A DNA stretch of 64,000 nucleotides from Tortispora ganteri (lineage: Eukaryota). The DNA lies in NCBI GenBank assembly GCA_003707115.1, contig PPNB01000006.1, forward strand, positions 310,001-374,000, read 5' to 3'. Of the stretch, positions 11,406-22,073 are shown in pieces (position 1 is the first letter of the stretch; each line of letters begins with the position of its first letter). The translations under genes and the position numbers were made by a program. The notes beneath the pieces are model-generated. The model was given only the letters and a program-made list of their open reading frames with translations. It made no database searches and was not told the DNA's origin.

Positions 11406-12600
11406 TCTTAGTCTTCAGGAAAGTGCAAATGATACGCATTAGTTTAGATTCCCATATACAGACATGTATATCCATATATATTTCAGTAAAGGGGAAATGT
11501 ATTCACAGAAAGAAGCGCGACCAAGGTATGAAGGGTTAAACCAATCAGTTAAGGAATGAATATGCGTTTTAACGATGAAGAACGCCCAGAATAAGCTAAG
11601 GAGCCGAAAAAGATAAGAGACTGTCAAAATTAGAACACGTTTAACTTAAAGATACCAGTATACCTTGATATATATTTTCGAAACTCATCAGGTTTACGCT
11701 AGCTGGTAGAAAAAAATGGAGTCCAGAATTGGATAACGAGAAAATATGCCTTAAATCAAGAAAAGAACAGTAGAATGTTGACACAGTGCACAAACAATAA
11801 ATTCTATATTAATATGACAGTCCGTATTTGACATGATCAGGTCAAGGATTGTAATAGTGGACAGTGTCATGGATTCTTTATTCTGGGGAGGGATCGACAA
11901 GGACTAGTAATCGAAACAACGTAGCTGATGGAGAACGTTGTCACAGGGTTTTCAAAGCGCTGTACAGTACAATTCAATCGAAGGCTTTCATTCTAGCGAC
12001 ATTGAAATTCAGTAAGCTTATTAATGTATACTGCTCCTACAGAGATTGAGTAGGTGGTATACAGAAAAAGTATATTTGCGATAATAGTTGAGTTGCGTAA
12101 GAACCAATTAGAGGTATGATTACCCCATACTAATGAACAGACCAAAAAAATACCTACATCCGAGAGCGCTTAGTAGAGAAAATGTAATTGTGCATTCCTT
12201 ATTTTAGTTTTATTATAACCGTTTACAGGGATGTGGCGAGTTAATGCAGCATTGAGGGTTTTAGCAATTAAAAGAGTTTGGGGTCTGAAACAAGTTTCGA
12301 AATCGATCGGTACGTTCTTTATGTACCATAGCAATGCTCCATTGCTTTCTTTGCAATGTTCAAAAGTGTTCAACAAAAGATAACAAATCAATACAAAACG
12401 GTACAACTCATAGGACATTAATGGAGTGTGTAAGAGATGATATTGCACCGGAAGAAGTTGACTGGTTTTGAAACTCTAATTTGATCACGATCCATATAGG
12501 CTGCGCATTCGAGTTTGACCGATTAACACGCAAGGAACCGGAATAGCGACAGTAAGCATATCATTTCGTATAGTACGGCTCAGTTTATATATATGCAACG

Positions 12601-13362
12601 ATGAATCAAAAAAAGAACAATGTAATAGGGGCGCTGATGAGTTTGCGTCCTGTGTTCGACGATGAAGAGGTAGAACAGCTGCCGCGACTGAATCAAGGTA
12701 CGCGGTTAACAGAGAACGAAGAAGTGCTAACCATTGCGGCACAAGAGAAACTGCAAAAAAAATTGATACATAGTATAGTGCCTGATGCGTATCTAGAGTC
12801 TTGTGTATTAGCAAATATTGCGCCCGATATAATGGATGTCAGTATGCACATTCGTATGGAGCACAACATAGCTATCCAGATCAGATACAAAATCTGTTTG
12901 GAGTTCAATACAAAAAATAGTCAGCCATTTGATATAGAGATTCATGCACCCGAAACAGAATGGAGCTTGCAAAGGAAGCTGGAAGCAATGGCGGTAAAAG
13001 ACAACCTGGAAGCAGCGCTGATGCTTATAATGAAATACGACAAGCTGACATTCTTTCGCACTGCAATCTTGAGAAAACTATATAAAAATCACTGGAAACA
13101 CGTTAAAGGTCGCGGGAACGTTGATCATCGAACGTTTAACCTCGTTGTTGGAAAGAATGGCAATGAACTGACAATAATCCTTCCGTGTCGAGTACGAGCC
13201 AACGGTGTGAATATAGAATGCATTGTTACCAACTCTCAGACTGAACTGAATAAGCAGTACCAACAAAATTTCAAAAAATATCGCCAAAAGCTTGGACTAG
13301 CAGAATCGCTAAATAAGCTAGTAAATGACTTTTTAGATGGAGCATCGGACGGGTTGCCATGA
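12601..13362 (+). CDS. Hypothetical protein (253 aa); weak resemblance to RWD-type inner kinetochore subunits
   Basis: ATG-initiated ORF of globular composition filling the gap between neighbours, with a TATA-like element just upstream. The family call is only an impression. Confidence 0.7.
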   Translation: MNQKKNNVIGALMSLRPVFDDEEVEQLPRLNQGTRLTENEEVLTIAAQEKLQKKLIHSIVPDAYLESCVLANIAPDIMDVSMHIRMEHNIAIQIRYKICLEFNTKNSQPFDIEIHAPETEWSLQRKLEAMAVKDNLEAALMLIMKYDKLTFFRTAILRKLYKNHWKHVKGRGNVDHRTFNLVVGKNGNELTIILPCRVRANGVNIECIVTNSQTELNKQYQQNFKKYRQKLGLAESLNKLVNDFLDGASDGLP

Positions 13363-14028
13363 TCACGAACTGTCGCCAGCCAAGTTGAAGACTTGACCAG
13401 GGTCATAATCTGGTTTCAATGTAACGTTACGGCGTTTTGCTTCCATTTCTAGTTTTCTCTCTGCTTCGTTGCCGTGCAGCTCATTAGAGCCCTTTATGTA
13501 GGAGTAACATACTGTTATAGGCTTGTTCATCAGGTACTTGCCATTCATTTCCTCGATCGCTCGGTCAGCAGCGGCAAATGAATCTAAACAAACAGTTCCA
13601 AAACCTTTTGAGGTACCATCCGATTGTCTTGCGATAGATGGGATGTGTATTATGGTACCGAATGCGGAAAATGTTTCGTACAGCAACTTTTCGTCAACCA
13701 TCGGGCTGAGCTTGCTTATGTGAAGTTCTGGAGCGTATCCAACAGTATCGCTTTTGTTTGAATGTACACTGTTCACCCTTATTGGTCTGCCAAAAAGCAT
13801 TACCTGGTCCATTACTTGCATGGCGTACTTAGCATCCTCGGGGCTTTGGAATTCGCAGAATGCAAATCCTTGGTGTGATTGCGAGATTCGGTCTTTTGGC
13901 AAAGATAGCGCTACGACAGGCCCTACCTGCGTCATCAGCTCAGTCACAATCTCTTCGGTTACATGTTCATCTAAGTTGCCTATGAAGACTACCGATTCTC
14001 TGGTTTTAGACACCTCATGTTTGGCCAT
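13363..14028 (-). CDS. HSH49: U2 snRNP SF3b subunit 4 (two RRMs)
   Basis: VFIGNLDE..LPKDRISQSHQGFAFCEF and SKGFG; MNGKYLMNKPITV; HGNEAERKL. ATG at 14028 (MAKHEV). Confidence 0.93.
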   Translation of the reverse strand: MAKHEVSKTRESVVFIGNLDEHVTEEIVTELMTQVGPVVALSLPKDRISQSHQGFAFCEFQSPEDAKYAMQVMDQVMLFGRPIRVNSVHSNKSDTVGYAPELHISKLSPMVDEKLLYETFSAFGTIIHIPSIARQSDGTSKGFGTVCLDSFAAADRAIEEMNGKYLMNKPITVCYSYIKGSNELHGNEAERKLEMEAKRRNVTLKPDYDPGQVFNLAGDSS

Positions 14029-14363
14029 TCCAAAGGATTTATAGAAATCGTGTTGTATATGGTGAATCGAGCAGGTCGACCAGTCACTGATTAAAGTTTG
14101 GCAAGCGATGAATAGTATTAGCATTCCTCACAGATCCATCGAAACTGCTAACATTGAGTCGCAGTTTCTAACGGATACAATGCTAAAGTGTAACGCTATT
14201 ATGTTCTCTTCATTTAGCCGTGACGCATCATATAAGAACCTATTGCTACACGAATTCTCAGCATACAAGCAACAGATAATATGAACCTAGTGTCCAACTA
14301 AACGTACCGATTGGTCTAACGGGTTGGGATTTACTATATTGGGAAACACTTTCCCTCCCTCAA

Positions 14364-14375
14364 AATCGTACGATT
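14364..14375. promoter_or_regulatory. Palindromic sterol-regulatory-element-like motif upstream of ERG3
   Basis: AATCGTACGATT is a perfect 12-bp palindrome. It contains ATCGTACGAT (fungal SREBP-type) and TCGTA (Upc2-type core). Confidence 0.45.
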
Positions 14376-14731
14376 AGTTACTATAGTAACAACATCCGGA
14401 TATTTACTTGCGCGCCATTACGAGAATTGAGTGATCAGGCAACTTTGGCTGCAAATTTACGGCACCGTCTCTTTTTTTCGTCTATTTTCCGAAAATTTAC
14501 TTTGTTCGTTCATTATTTCGGTGCTTATTCCTGTATCGTTTCTGTTTGCGAAAGTGTTAGTAGGGATATAAAGGCTGTTCAGTTAACCGTTTATCCTGTT
14601 TTCTCTCAGTTCCGCTCTTATCCATAAGTTAGCTGAATATCGGTTTAGATCAAACCCGAGAACGACCACGGCAACTATTATTGTTTATCACTATACGCGT
14701 ACCAAGTTCGTGTGCTTCAATCATTTAACTA

Positions 14732-15772
14732 ATGGACATCGTTCTGGAAATCGTTGATACGTTCTTCTTTGACAGAGTGTATGCGGAGCTTTTCCCCCTT
14801 CGCCCACCTACTGGAAACTCCACTTATGTAAAACCATTTGTCGAGCTTCCACGAGCCCAATTCCTAGATCCTACAGAATGGGCGGTCAAATCTTCTTTAC
14901 CGCGTGATAATATTGTGCGCGAGTTTATTTCGTTGTTTTTGATTGTCTGGATTTTCGGATTTGTACTCTACTCTACTGTTGCGACATGTTCGTACTTTTT
15001 GCTCTTTGACAAGGATACCTTTAACCACCCTCGATTCTTAAAGAATCAAGTGCGAAAAGAGATCACTACAGCAATGGGAGCTATGCCTATGATGGCACTG
15101 TTGACAGTGCCGTGGATGTTGGCGGAGATTCGCGGCTATTCTAATCTGTACTGGGGACTTCCCAAGAACGGCTGGAAAGGCTTGTTGCTAGAATATCCGG
15201 CATTCATTATGTTTACAGATTTTGGTGTTTACATGATTCATCGAGGACTGCACCATAAATCTGTATACAAGACGCTGCATAAGCCGCACCACAAATGGAT
15301 CATGCCTACGCCGTTTGCGTCGCACGCGTTCCATCCGCTTGACGGATACTTTCAGTCTTTACCGTACCACATTTACCCATTTTTGTTCCCGCTGAACAAA
15401 CTGTCCTATCTCTTTCTATTTAGTTTTGTGAATCTTTGGTCTGTTACTATCCACGACGGCGAATTTCTAGCTGCTGGCGTGATTATTAACGGAGCGGCTA
15501 ACCATACCATCCATCACCTCTATTTCAATTACAATTACGGACAGTTTACTACACTCTGGGATAGAATTGGTGGAAGCTATAGACAACCGACGCCTGAGAT
15601 GCTTGACAAGCACACGCGAAAGAATCTTGCTGTCTGGAACAAGCAGATATCTGAGATGGAAAAGATCGCAAAGGAGATCAACCATGAGTTGAATGCGGAA
15701 GACTTCCTTGCAAACGAGCGGGAAACCCACGATATGCGCACCATACCTGCAGAAACAAAAAAGTCGAAGTAG
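14732..15772 (+). CDS. ERG3: C-5 sterol desaturase
   Basis: His boxes HRGLH, HKPHH and HTIHH; TPFASHAFHPLDG; FNYNYGQFTTLWDR. Confidence 0.97.
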   Translation: MDIVLEIVDTFFFDRVYAELFPLRPPTGNSTYVKPFVELPRAQFLDPTEWAVKSSLPRDNIVREFISLFLIVWIFGFVLYSTVATCSYFLLFDKDTFNHPRFLKNQVRKEITTAMGAMPMMALLTVPWMLAEIRGYSNLYWGLPKNGWKGLLLEYPAFIMFTDFGVYMIHRGLHHKSVYKTLHKPHHKWIMPTPFASHAFHPLDGYFQSLPYHIYPFLFPLNKLSYLFLFSFVNLWSVTIHDGEFLAAGVIINGAANHTIHHLYFNYNYGQFTTLWDRIGGSYRQPTPEMLDKHTRKNLAVWNKQISEMEKIAKEINHELNAEDFLANERETHDMRTIPAETKKSK

Positions 15773-15927
15773 AACATGAACTCTGCATGCGGGTTACAGC
15801 GGCTAATACGTACTTACGCGAAGGTTGCAGCCAACGGAGACTGCAATTACATTTACACACTACATACAACGAATGCTAAATAGGTTAATCTTACATATAT
15901 ACATACATTGATTACTAGGTTCAACTT

Positions 15928-16341
15928 TTAATTGAGATAATAATCCCATGATTTGTACATCCACACGAGTGACGCGGTAGAAACAATGAAAGGTCCGGCT
16001 AGACCCTTACCAAGCCGGGCGGTCTTGTAGACAAGCCATTCGAGCTGGAAGTGGCCAAATGCTACCCAGAATGTGGCAATTGTCAGCTTGTAAACGGGCT
16101 CGTTTCGAATATAGTAAGAACCAAATAGGCGCACAATTGACGTAATCATTGTCCAGGTACCGAATGTTCGCGCGCTCAAGCCTGTCACCTGTTCCGGGGC
16201 GCCGGAGTACACTTGTTTAGATAGTTTCGGACCTAGGTATGTCTGCACAGAATTAAACAGACTTACAACAGATATAAAGAAAAGCCATTTTGGTAGATAA
16301 CCTTCTTCTTGCGGTAAAAATTGCGTTAATTTTTCTATCAT
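15928..16341 (-). CDS. ERG28: Ergosterol biosynthesis scaffold Erg28
   Basis: GYLPKWLFFISVVSLFNSVQTY, LSARTFGTWT and HFQLEWLVYKT motifs. Confidence 0.96.
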   Translation of the reverse strand: MIEKLTQFLPQEEGYLPKWLFFISVVSLFNSVQTYLGPKLSKQVYSGAPEQVTGLSARTFGTWTMITSIVRLFGSYYIRNEPVYKLTIATFWVAFGHFQLEWLVYKTARLGKGLAGPFIVSTASLVWMYKSWDYYLN

Positions 16342-16429
16342 TGAGGGTGATCGAAAGGTTCCTGTTTGGGTCAGGGGTCATCTTATTTATCTATCCCGGA
16401 GATTTTGACTACACCACAGAATAAGTAAC

Positions 16430-17101
16430 ATGGAAGACAGACCGATACAGGCTGATATTGAATCTGGCACGTACAACTACGCCAGTCATGCTAGAGAAAT
16501 TGAATCTAATATACAGGAACTGACGGGGGAGCAAACGCAGGATCGCAGATTCGCAGGAGGCGACACTCTTGATGAACCTGTACTTACTACACTTAATCGG
16601 GATGTAAAGCAAGTAGGACGACGAGTAATCGAGGTGCTCTATCCAAAATTAAGAGGCGATACAGAGAATTCAAATCCGCTTAAGGAGTGGGATCTCTGGG
16701 GACCTTTGATATTCTGTTTATTCCTATCATTGTTCTTGTCATTCTCAGCTAAACCCACACAGCGGTCTCTTGTATTTTCAGGGGTCTTTGCTGTAGTATG
16801 GCTGGGTGAGGCTGTTGCCACGCTTAACATCAAGTTGCTTGGAGGAAAAGTATCATTTTTTCGTGTAATGAGTGTTCTAGGATATTCCCTATTTCCGCTG
16901 GTTCTTGCTGCATTCATTTCTTTGCTAGTAGGAACACCCTGGGTCAGGATCCCCTTACATATCACTCTAGTCTGTTGGTCAATTGTATCCTCTACACAGG
17001 CACTGAGAGGATCCGGGATACCCTCGAACAAAGTGTTATTATCCGTCTATCCTGTTGCATTATTCTATGTTACACTTGGCTGGCTAACAATCATCACTTA
17101 G
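16430..17101 (+). CDS. YIP4: Yip1-family protein (YIPF6/Yip4)
   Basis: DTLDEPVLTTLNRD, WDLWGPL and SVLGYSLFPL motifs. Confidence 0.9.
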   Translation: MEDRPIQADIESGTYNYASHAREIESNIQELTGEQTQDRRFAGGDTLDEPVLTTLNRDVKQVGRRVIEVLYPKLRGDTENSNPLKEWDLWGPLIFCLFLSLFLSFSAKPTQRSLVFSGVFAVVWLGEAVATLNIKLLGGKVSFFRVMSVLGYSLFPLVLAAFISLLVGTPWVRIPLHITLVCWSIVSSTQALRGSGIPSNKVLLSVYPVALFYVTLGWLTIIT

Positions 17102-17110
17102 CCGTTCAGT

Positions 17111-17926
17111 TCATGGATGACTGATCCTTGACGATCGTCGCAGTTTGGGCGAGGCTGCATTACCACCTTTTTTTCGCGACTTCTTGTTTTTCAATTTAGT
17201 AAATGAACTTGAACTTCGCTGTCTTTTTGGTGTCTTCACAAATTCGTCCGCTCCCATTGCTACACCCGAACTTCTCTGTTCTTTTTTGAATTGTTTTCTC
17301 TTTTTGAATGATGTCGAAGTCGCAGTCGAGTTAGATGTAAACGACGATGACGGACTCTGTATAGGTAACTTCGTGTGCATTGTTGTATTTATTACATCGA
17401 TATCGGGGAACTCACTAGACGAATTATTTTTATCTGTCAAAACGACAGCAGAGGTTTGTTTTTCTTCTTTTATTTCTGTGGCATCATCTTCGTTGCGGTT
17501 AACTCTGGAAGAGGATACTGTTTCAGGCACTGATAGACTTGAAGCTTCGTTTCTTGATGATGAAGTCAATTGCTGTTTGTCAATGTCGTTCGCAATTTCA
17601 CTACTATCAGCACTTGTTCGCTCACTCGTTCGTAAAACTGTACTTTCATTAGACGATTGTAAGGGTGCATTTTTATTACTAACACTAAAACCGACGCCAC
17701 TTCTGAGTATTGCAGGAGCACGTTTGCGAGGACGTCTGACTTCGTCAAGAGGAGACTCGATCGCCTGTCGTGAAATGATGGTGCCTAGTTTATTCAGAGC
17801 CGGCGAATCGTAAAACGGTTTCTCTCGTTCTTCTTTTAATTCCAAAACAGCTTGAGCATTTCTTTCAAGTGCTAATCGCGCTTTAGCCCTTAGCCTAGAC
17901 ACAAAGTCATATATATCTTCATCCAT
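17111..17926 (-). CDS. Hypothetical Ser/Lys-rich protein with NLS-like clusters
   Basis: ATG at 17926 (MDEDIY); long open frame between two conserved genes; basic clusters KKRK and KNKKSRKK. Confidence 0.65.
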   Translation of the reverse strand: MDEDIYDFVSRLRAKARLALERNAQAVLELKEEREKPFYDSPALNKLGTIISRQAIESPLDEVRRPRKRAPAILRSGVGFSVSNKNAPLQSSNESTVLRTSERTSADSSEIANDIDKQQLTSSSRNEASSLSVPETVSSSRVNRNEDDATEIKEEKQTSAVVLTDKNNSSSEFPDIDVINTTMHTKLPIQSPSSSFTSNSTATSTSFKKRKQFKKEQRSSGVAMGADEFVKTPKRQRSSSSFTKLKNKKSRKKGGNAASPKLRRSSRISHP

Positions 17927-18052
17927 TGTTCTTGATTGTGCACTAGTAGTTGCAGCAGCGATATGTGTTGTTGTTAGGGGAAGACAGTGACTACCACCAA
18001 CATTCACAACCAATGACTTGTCAAGTTATTCAATTAACTATCACTTAAACCC

Positions 18053-18847
18053 ATGTCAGACAGTAGATACGATGCAATTATTGACGCAGATATCGATTTG
18101 GAATCGGAAGCAGGATATAATAATGACTTTGATATTGAAGCCGCAGATCCAATGACCACTCCAACAGGACTTATCGACGAACCTACAACTACTCCAAAGC
18201 CTCGCGGCGGAATCTTTAGCGTTTCGCGATACGCCCAATATTTCGATGTTGAAACTGCTGAAGTGCTTCAACGCTGTTGGGCTGCAGTTTTTCCTCGCCA
18301 GGACTTTTATGAAAGCGTAATGGGCAATAAGCCCGATTTATGGGGTCCTTTCTGGATTGCTACCACTGTAGCTTTTGTCCTGTTCTCCTCATCCACAATC
18401 GTTGGTTATGTAGCATCACATGCTGGTGGCTTACAATATTACTACGATTTTGGTTTATTATCTGCTGCAGCAGGTATAATGTATGCATACACTTTCATTG
18501 TGCCCGTGGTATTATACCTTGGCTTAGTCTATTACAAATCAGAACATGCGAATATACTAGAATGCTTAACACTTTACGGTTATTCTAATGTTGTATGGAT
18601 TCCCGTGGCAATTGTGGCCACTGCTCCTTTTCAATTGTTCGGTTGGAATAAAGCTGCCAATCTTATTAGATGGATCGCTACTGCTGTTGGTTACTCAGTA
18701 TCACTCCTGTTCCTTGTTCGCAACTTGAACCCTGTTTTGAAATCTACTGACTCGCATACAGCTCGGATGCTTTTGATAGTAATTATCGCTTTGCATACAG
18801 GTCTGGCTGTTGCTGTCAAATTTACTTTTTTCCATTACAAAGTGTAG
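18053..18847 (+). CDS. YIP5: Yip1-family protein (YIPF1/Yip5)
   Basis: YAQYFDVET, KPDLWGPFWIATT and LYGYSN motifs. Confidence 0.9.
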   Translation: MSDSRYDAIIDADIDLESEAGYNNDFDIEAADPMTTPTGLIDEPTTTPKPRGGIFSVSRYAQYFDVETAEVLQRCWAAVFPRQDFYESVMGNKPDLWGPFWIATTVAFVLFSSSTIVGYVASHAGGLQYYYDFGLLSAAAGIMYAYTFIVPVVLYLGLVYYKSEHANILECLTLYGYSNVVWIPVAIVATAPFQLFGWNKAANLIRWIATAVGYSVSLLFLVRNLNPVLKSTDSHTARMLLIVIIALHTGLAVAVKFTFFHYKV

Positions 18848-18957
18848 TACACAATTGCTACAAATAATGAAACTCTGGATAAATAAATTGTCATTTTTGT
18901 TGTTAATGTGCTTTCGATATTAACCTTGTTTCAGTCTTCTGAGAGTTTTTCAAGCAT

Positions 18958-21828
18958 CTATATATCCCTTTCTATTTTTGAGGTCTTCAGTTTATTGACA
19001 TATTCGACTGCTCTAGTAGCTATTCCACTGGCTGGTGAATATTCTTTCAGTAACTCTGCTGTTAAAGGATATTTATATAGCAGAATTTCGATAGTCTGAA
19101 CAGTATGAATTGCACTAGAAGAGCCTTGTGTTTTTTCAACAAATTTGTCTAAAGCTTTCCATATATCTTTCATTACACCTGCGATTGGTATCATATTGGC
19201 CTTTAGGTGGTCATTTGCTGTAGATTTCGAATTAATTGAATCTGATGCAATAGTTTTTCCGAAGACTGATGTAAATTCTTGACTGCTCTCCAGGTACTCC
19301 TCTGTGATTGCTAAAATTGTGTTGGCATTATCATATCCTAAAGCATGAATTTTGATACGTAAATTCCATGCGATTGAATTAAATGCGTATCCTTTTTTCT
19401 CCATAGCTTTCCATATAAGATCGATTTCAGTGAAATTGTATTGTTCCTGCGCTATTAATGAGTTTATTCTCATCGCCATCATTTCAGACATCACGTATCT
19501 GTGGCTATAAGGCACAGTATTCGATGTCTGTTCATCAAAAGATTGCAGTTCCAAAGAGCTTTTCACGGTCTTCAAAGCGTTTACCCACACTTCTTCGAAC
19601 CAATCAAACTGACCTACGCTAAGGTAACATCTTCCTAAGCCTTCGTATAGTTTTAACAAGCTGTACCAATATGGCATGTCGGGTTGGTAATGGTCTTTTG
19701 CATAAGAGCGTACCCAGTCTATGAACTCAATGACTTCCGGTAGTTTGCTTATATTAGGTACCATCTTAAGAATAGGTGCAAATAGATGAGGAGGTATTGC
19801 GTTTCTAGCAGAAAAGCGTGAAGTCAGGTCAGGATATGCATATATTTGCAAAACATGACTGATCCTTTCAGTGGCTCGTCGGAATCCTCTGATTGAATTA
19901 AGATTTGCAAGACCAAAAATCAGAAGGCTTTCCGTGACCAAGGTGGGCTTTATACCGTGCCTAAGCATTTGACGATATAAATTCCATAATTGAGGCCTAT
20001 TACCTTGTGCTGCGTATCCTGAAGCGATTGCAGTATAGTGATACACATTGAGCGGAACGTTATTGCGGACCAACCTGTTAAAAACTTGAGCTGCAAGTTC
20101 CGTCTTACCGCTTTGTGTGTAAGACTGAAGTATCAGAAGATATGTTTGTGAGTTATAAGGCACGTTGTTGATGATCATTTTGCGCAACAGAGATCTCATA
20201 GCACTATAGGAGTCTGTTTTCAAGTAACCTTTCAGTACTATGTTGTATGAAGCGGTACCGGGGCGTAAACCATAGTCGCCATAGGAAGCAAGAAATGATT
20301 CTGCAATTTCAGGTTTTTTGATATTGCAGTAGCTATACGTCATATAGTCCAAAATTTCTCTAGATGGAGGTTCAATTAAGGTATATAGCTTGAATAGCTT
20401 TTCAGTTTCGGTATTGAACCCTTCACTTGCGTACATTTTCAAGAAATTTTTGTAAGTGTATTTTGCAAGGATCTGAGCATCTCCTGGAACCTCATGAGAA
20501 GACATTGACTGTACTACGTTGGCGAGAAAATCAATATCTTTTGTTTGAGCAGCTGATGAAGTGATAATATGGAAAGTGAGGTTGTTAGGATTGACATTGT
20601 GTTGCGAGAAGAGGCCGTATGATTCATAAACAGAGTCCCGGTTACCATTTAGGTGGTATGCGTAGAGCAGAGAATTGAGGATACTAGTAGTAAGTACAGC
20701 GTTCTTTTCGAGAAGCAGCTGAACGATGCGATATACTAAGTCACTTATGCCACGACGAGCAAGAATGTTGCAGAGAGGTTCAAGGAAGCTTATATCTGCA
20801 ATTTGAGGCAGGCCTACAGCACTTTGAAGAATTTTTATGGCAGAACGATCATCATTGAGCCATTTTGCGGCAATCAGAGCGCTACTGAGGGTATCTAAGG
20901 TACACAATACCGCTTTTTTTGCAATTTTAGTTCTGTACAGATGGAGGGTATATGCGTAGTTGCGATGTATGTTGTACAGTTTCATAACTGATGCGAGAGA
21001 GTCAGCATAGTAGCGGGAATCAGTGTTTCGAATATAACCGAGGAAACGAGTAGCGATGAATGGATTTTTGAGAGAGTGAATTGACGTGCGTATGAAAGGA
21101 TAGATGCATGATTCATTCCAGTGAATATTGAGTAATTTGAAGGTAGTTTTCGATATATTTACAATTGCCGGAGGCGGTATTGATTTGCACGTACGTTTGA
21201 GAGCCTTTTCAAGCCAAATAAATGAGTGTGCTGTGTGTGCATAGTCTATGAAATTCATGAAGACCAGTAAGACTCTGAGTGCGGAGGAGATTTGGTTTGA
21301 GGATAAGAGATCTGAGACAGTTGACTCAATATAAGCATACGATACTGACTGCGGGCAGTTCAAAAGAGAGTAATGAGCTAAGGAGGGTAATGAGTCGATG
21401 TTGTCTGAGAAGAGAGAATTAAGTACACGCAAATCGAGAACGGATAGATCTGCGGTAGGGAGAGAGTGTACAATTCTGGAGAGAAGAAGAGAAAGATCCG
21501 GTGTCCATAATGAAGAGCCCGATAGCAAGTAGTACCAGTCGTACAATATAGTTCTTTTGTGTGCTATGTCCGGATCTGAGTGCAAATAGGAGTAGAATGA
21601 CTTGTAAAGAGAAAGCAAAGTGTGCTGATCGCTTGGAGGAGTAGAGGCATGCAGATATGTGGAAAGATCATACAATGACAACTGTGAAGGCGTAGTAGTA
21701 GTGATTTGTAAAGAATTGATTAATTTTGATAATGTAGATATGTTTCTTTGTGGACGTGCATGTATAAGGCCTAGAAGCGGTCGGCAGCCGGGTCTTAAGC
21801 AATTTACTATACGTGAGAGTTTCAACAT
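18958..21828 (-). CDS. Mitochondrial pentatricopeptide-repeat protein, Pet309/CYA-5/Ppr4-like
   Basis: Multiple 35-aa PPR repeats (SYNIVLKGY, TYLLILQSY, HYTAIASGY..GIKPT); presequence-like start MLKLSRIV at 21828. Confidence 0.85.
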   Translation of the reverse strand: MLKLSRIVNCLRPGCRPLLGLIHARPQRNISTLSKLINSLQITTTTPSQLSLYDLSTYLHASTPPSDQHTLLSLYKSFYSYLHSDPDIAHKRTILYDWYYLLSGSSLWTPDLSLLLSRIVHSLPTADLSVLDLRVLNSLFSDNIDSLPSLAHYSLLNCPQSVSYAYIESTVSDLLSSNQISSALRVLLVFMNFIDYAHTAHSFIWLEKALKRTCKSIPPPAIVNISKTTFKLLNIHWNESCIYPFIRTSIHSLKNPFIATRFLGYIRNTDSRYYADSLASVMKLYNIHRNYAYTLHLYRTKIAKKAVLCTLDTLSSALIAAKWLNDDRSAIKILQSAVGLPQIADISFLEPLCNILARRGISDLVYRIVQLLLEKNAVLTTSILNSLLYAYHLNGNRDSVYESYGLFSQHNVNPNNLTFHIITSSAAQTKDIDFLANVVQSMSSHEVPGDAQILAKYTYKNFLKMYASEGFNTETEKLFKLYTLIEPPSREILDYMTYSYCNIKKPEIAESFLASYGDYGLRPGTASYNIVLKGYLKTDSYSAMRSLLRKMIINNVPYNSQTYLLILQSYTQSGKTELAAQVFNRLVRNNVPLNVYHYTAIASGYAAQGNRPQLWNLYRQMLRHGIKPTLVTESLLIFGLANLNSIRGFRRATERISHVLQIYAYPDLTSRFSARNAIPPHLFAPILKMVPNISKLPEVIEFIDWVRSYAKDHYQPDMPYWYSLLKLYEGLGRCYLSVGQFDWFEEVWVNALKTVKSSLELQSFDEQTSNTVPYSHRYVMSEMMAMRINSLIAQEQYNFTEIDLIWKAMEKKGYAFNSIAWNLRIKIHALGYDNANTILAITEEYLESSQEFTSVFGKTIASDSINSKSTANDHLKANMIPIAGVMKDIWKALDKFVEKTQGSSSAIHTVQTIEILLYKYPLTAELLKEYSPASGIATRAVEYVNKLKTSKIERDI

Positions 21829-22073
21829 AGAGCTTTTGACGTAGAATGAGGCATATCTTTGGATATTAGTTTCCAAATTCTCAAAATATATTTACAACTT
21901 TCCAGTTTATATAACAGGAAACAGATGAATAAATAAACCAAATATAAATAAATTAATTGGTTATAATGACACAGAGCACTCCTCTGTTTGAATATAAAAA
22001 TTACTATGTGGTAAAATTTGGGAGACAGATGTAGGGGAGAAAATGGAGGTTAACTTTCGATTTGCGTAAAAGA

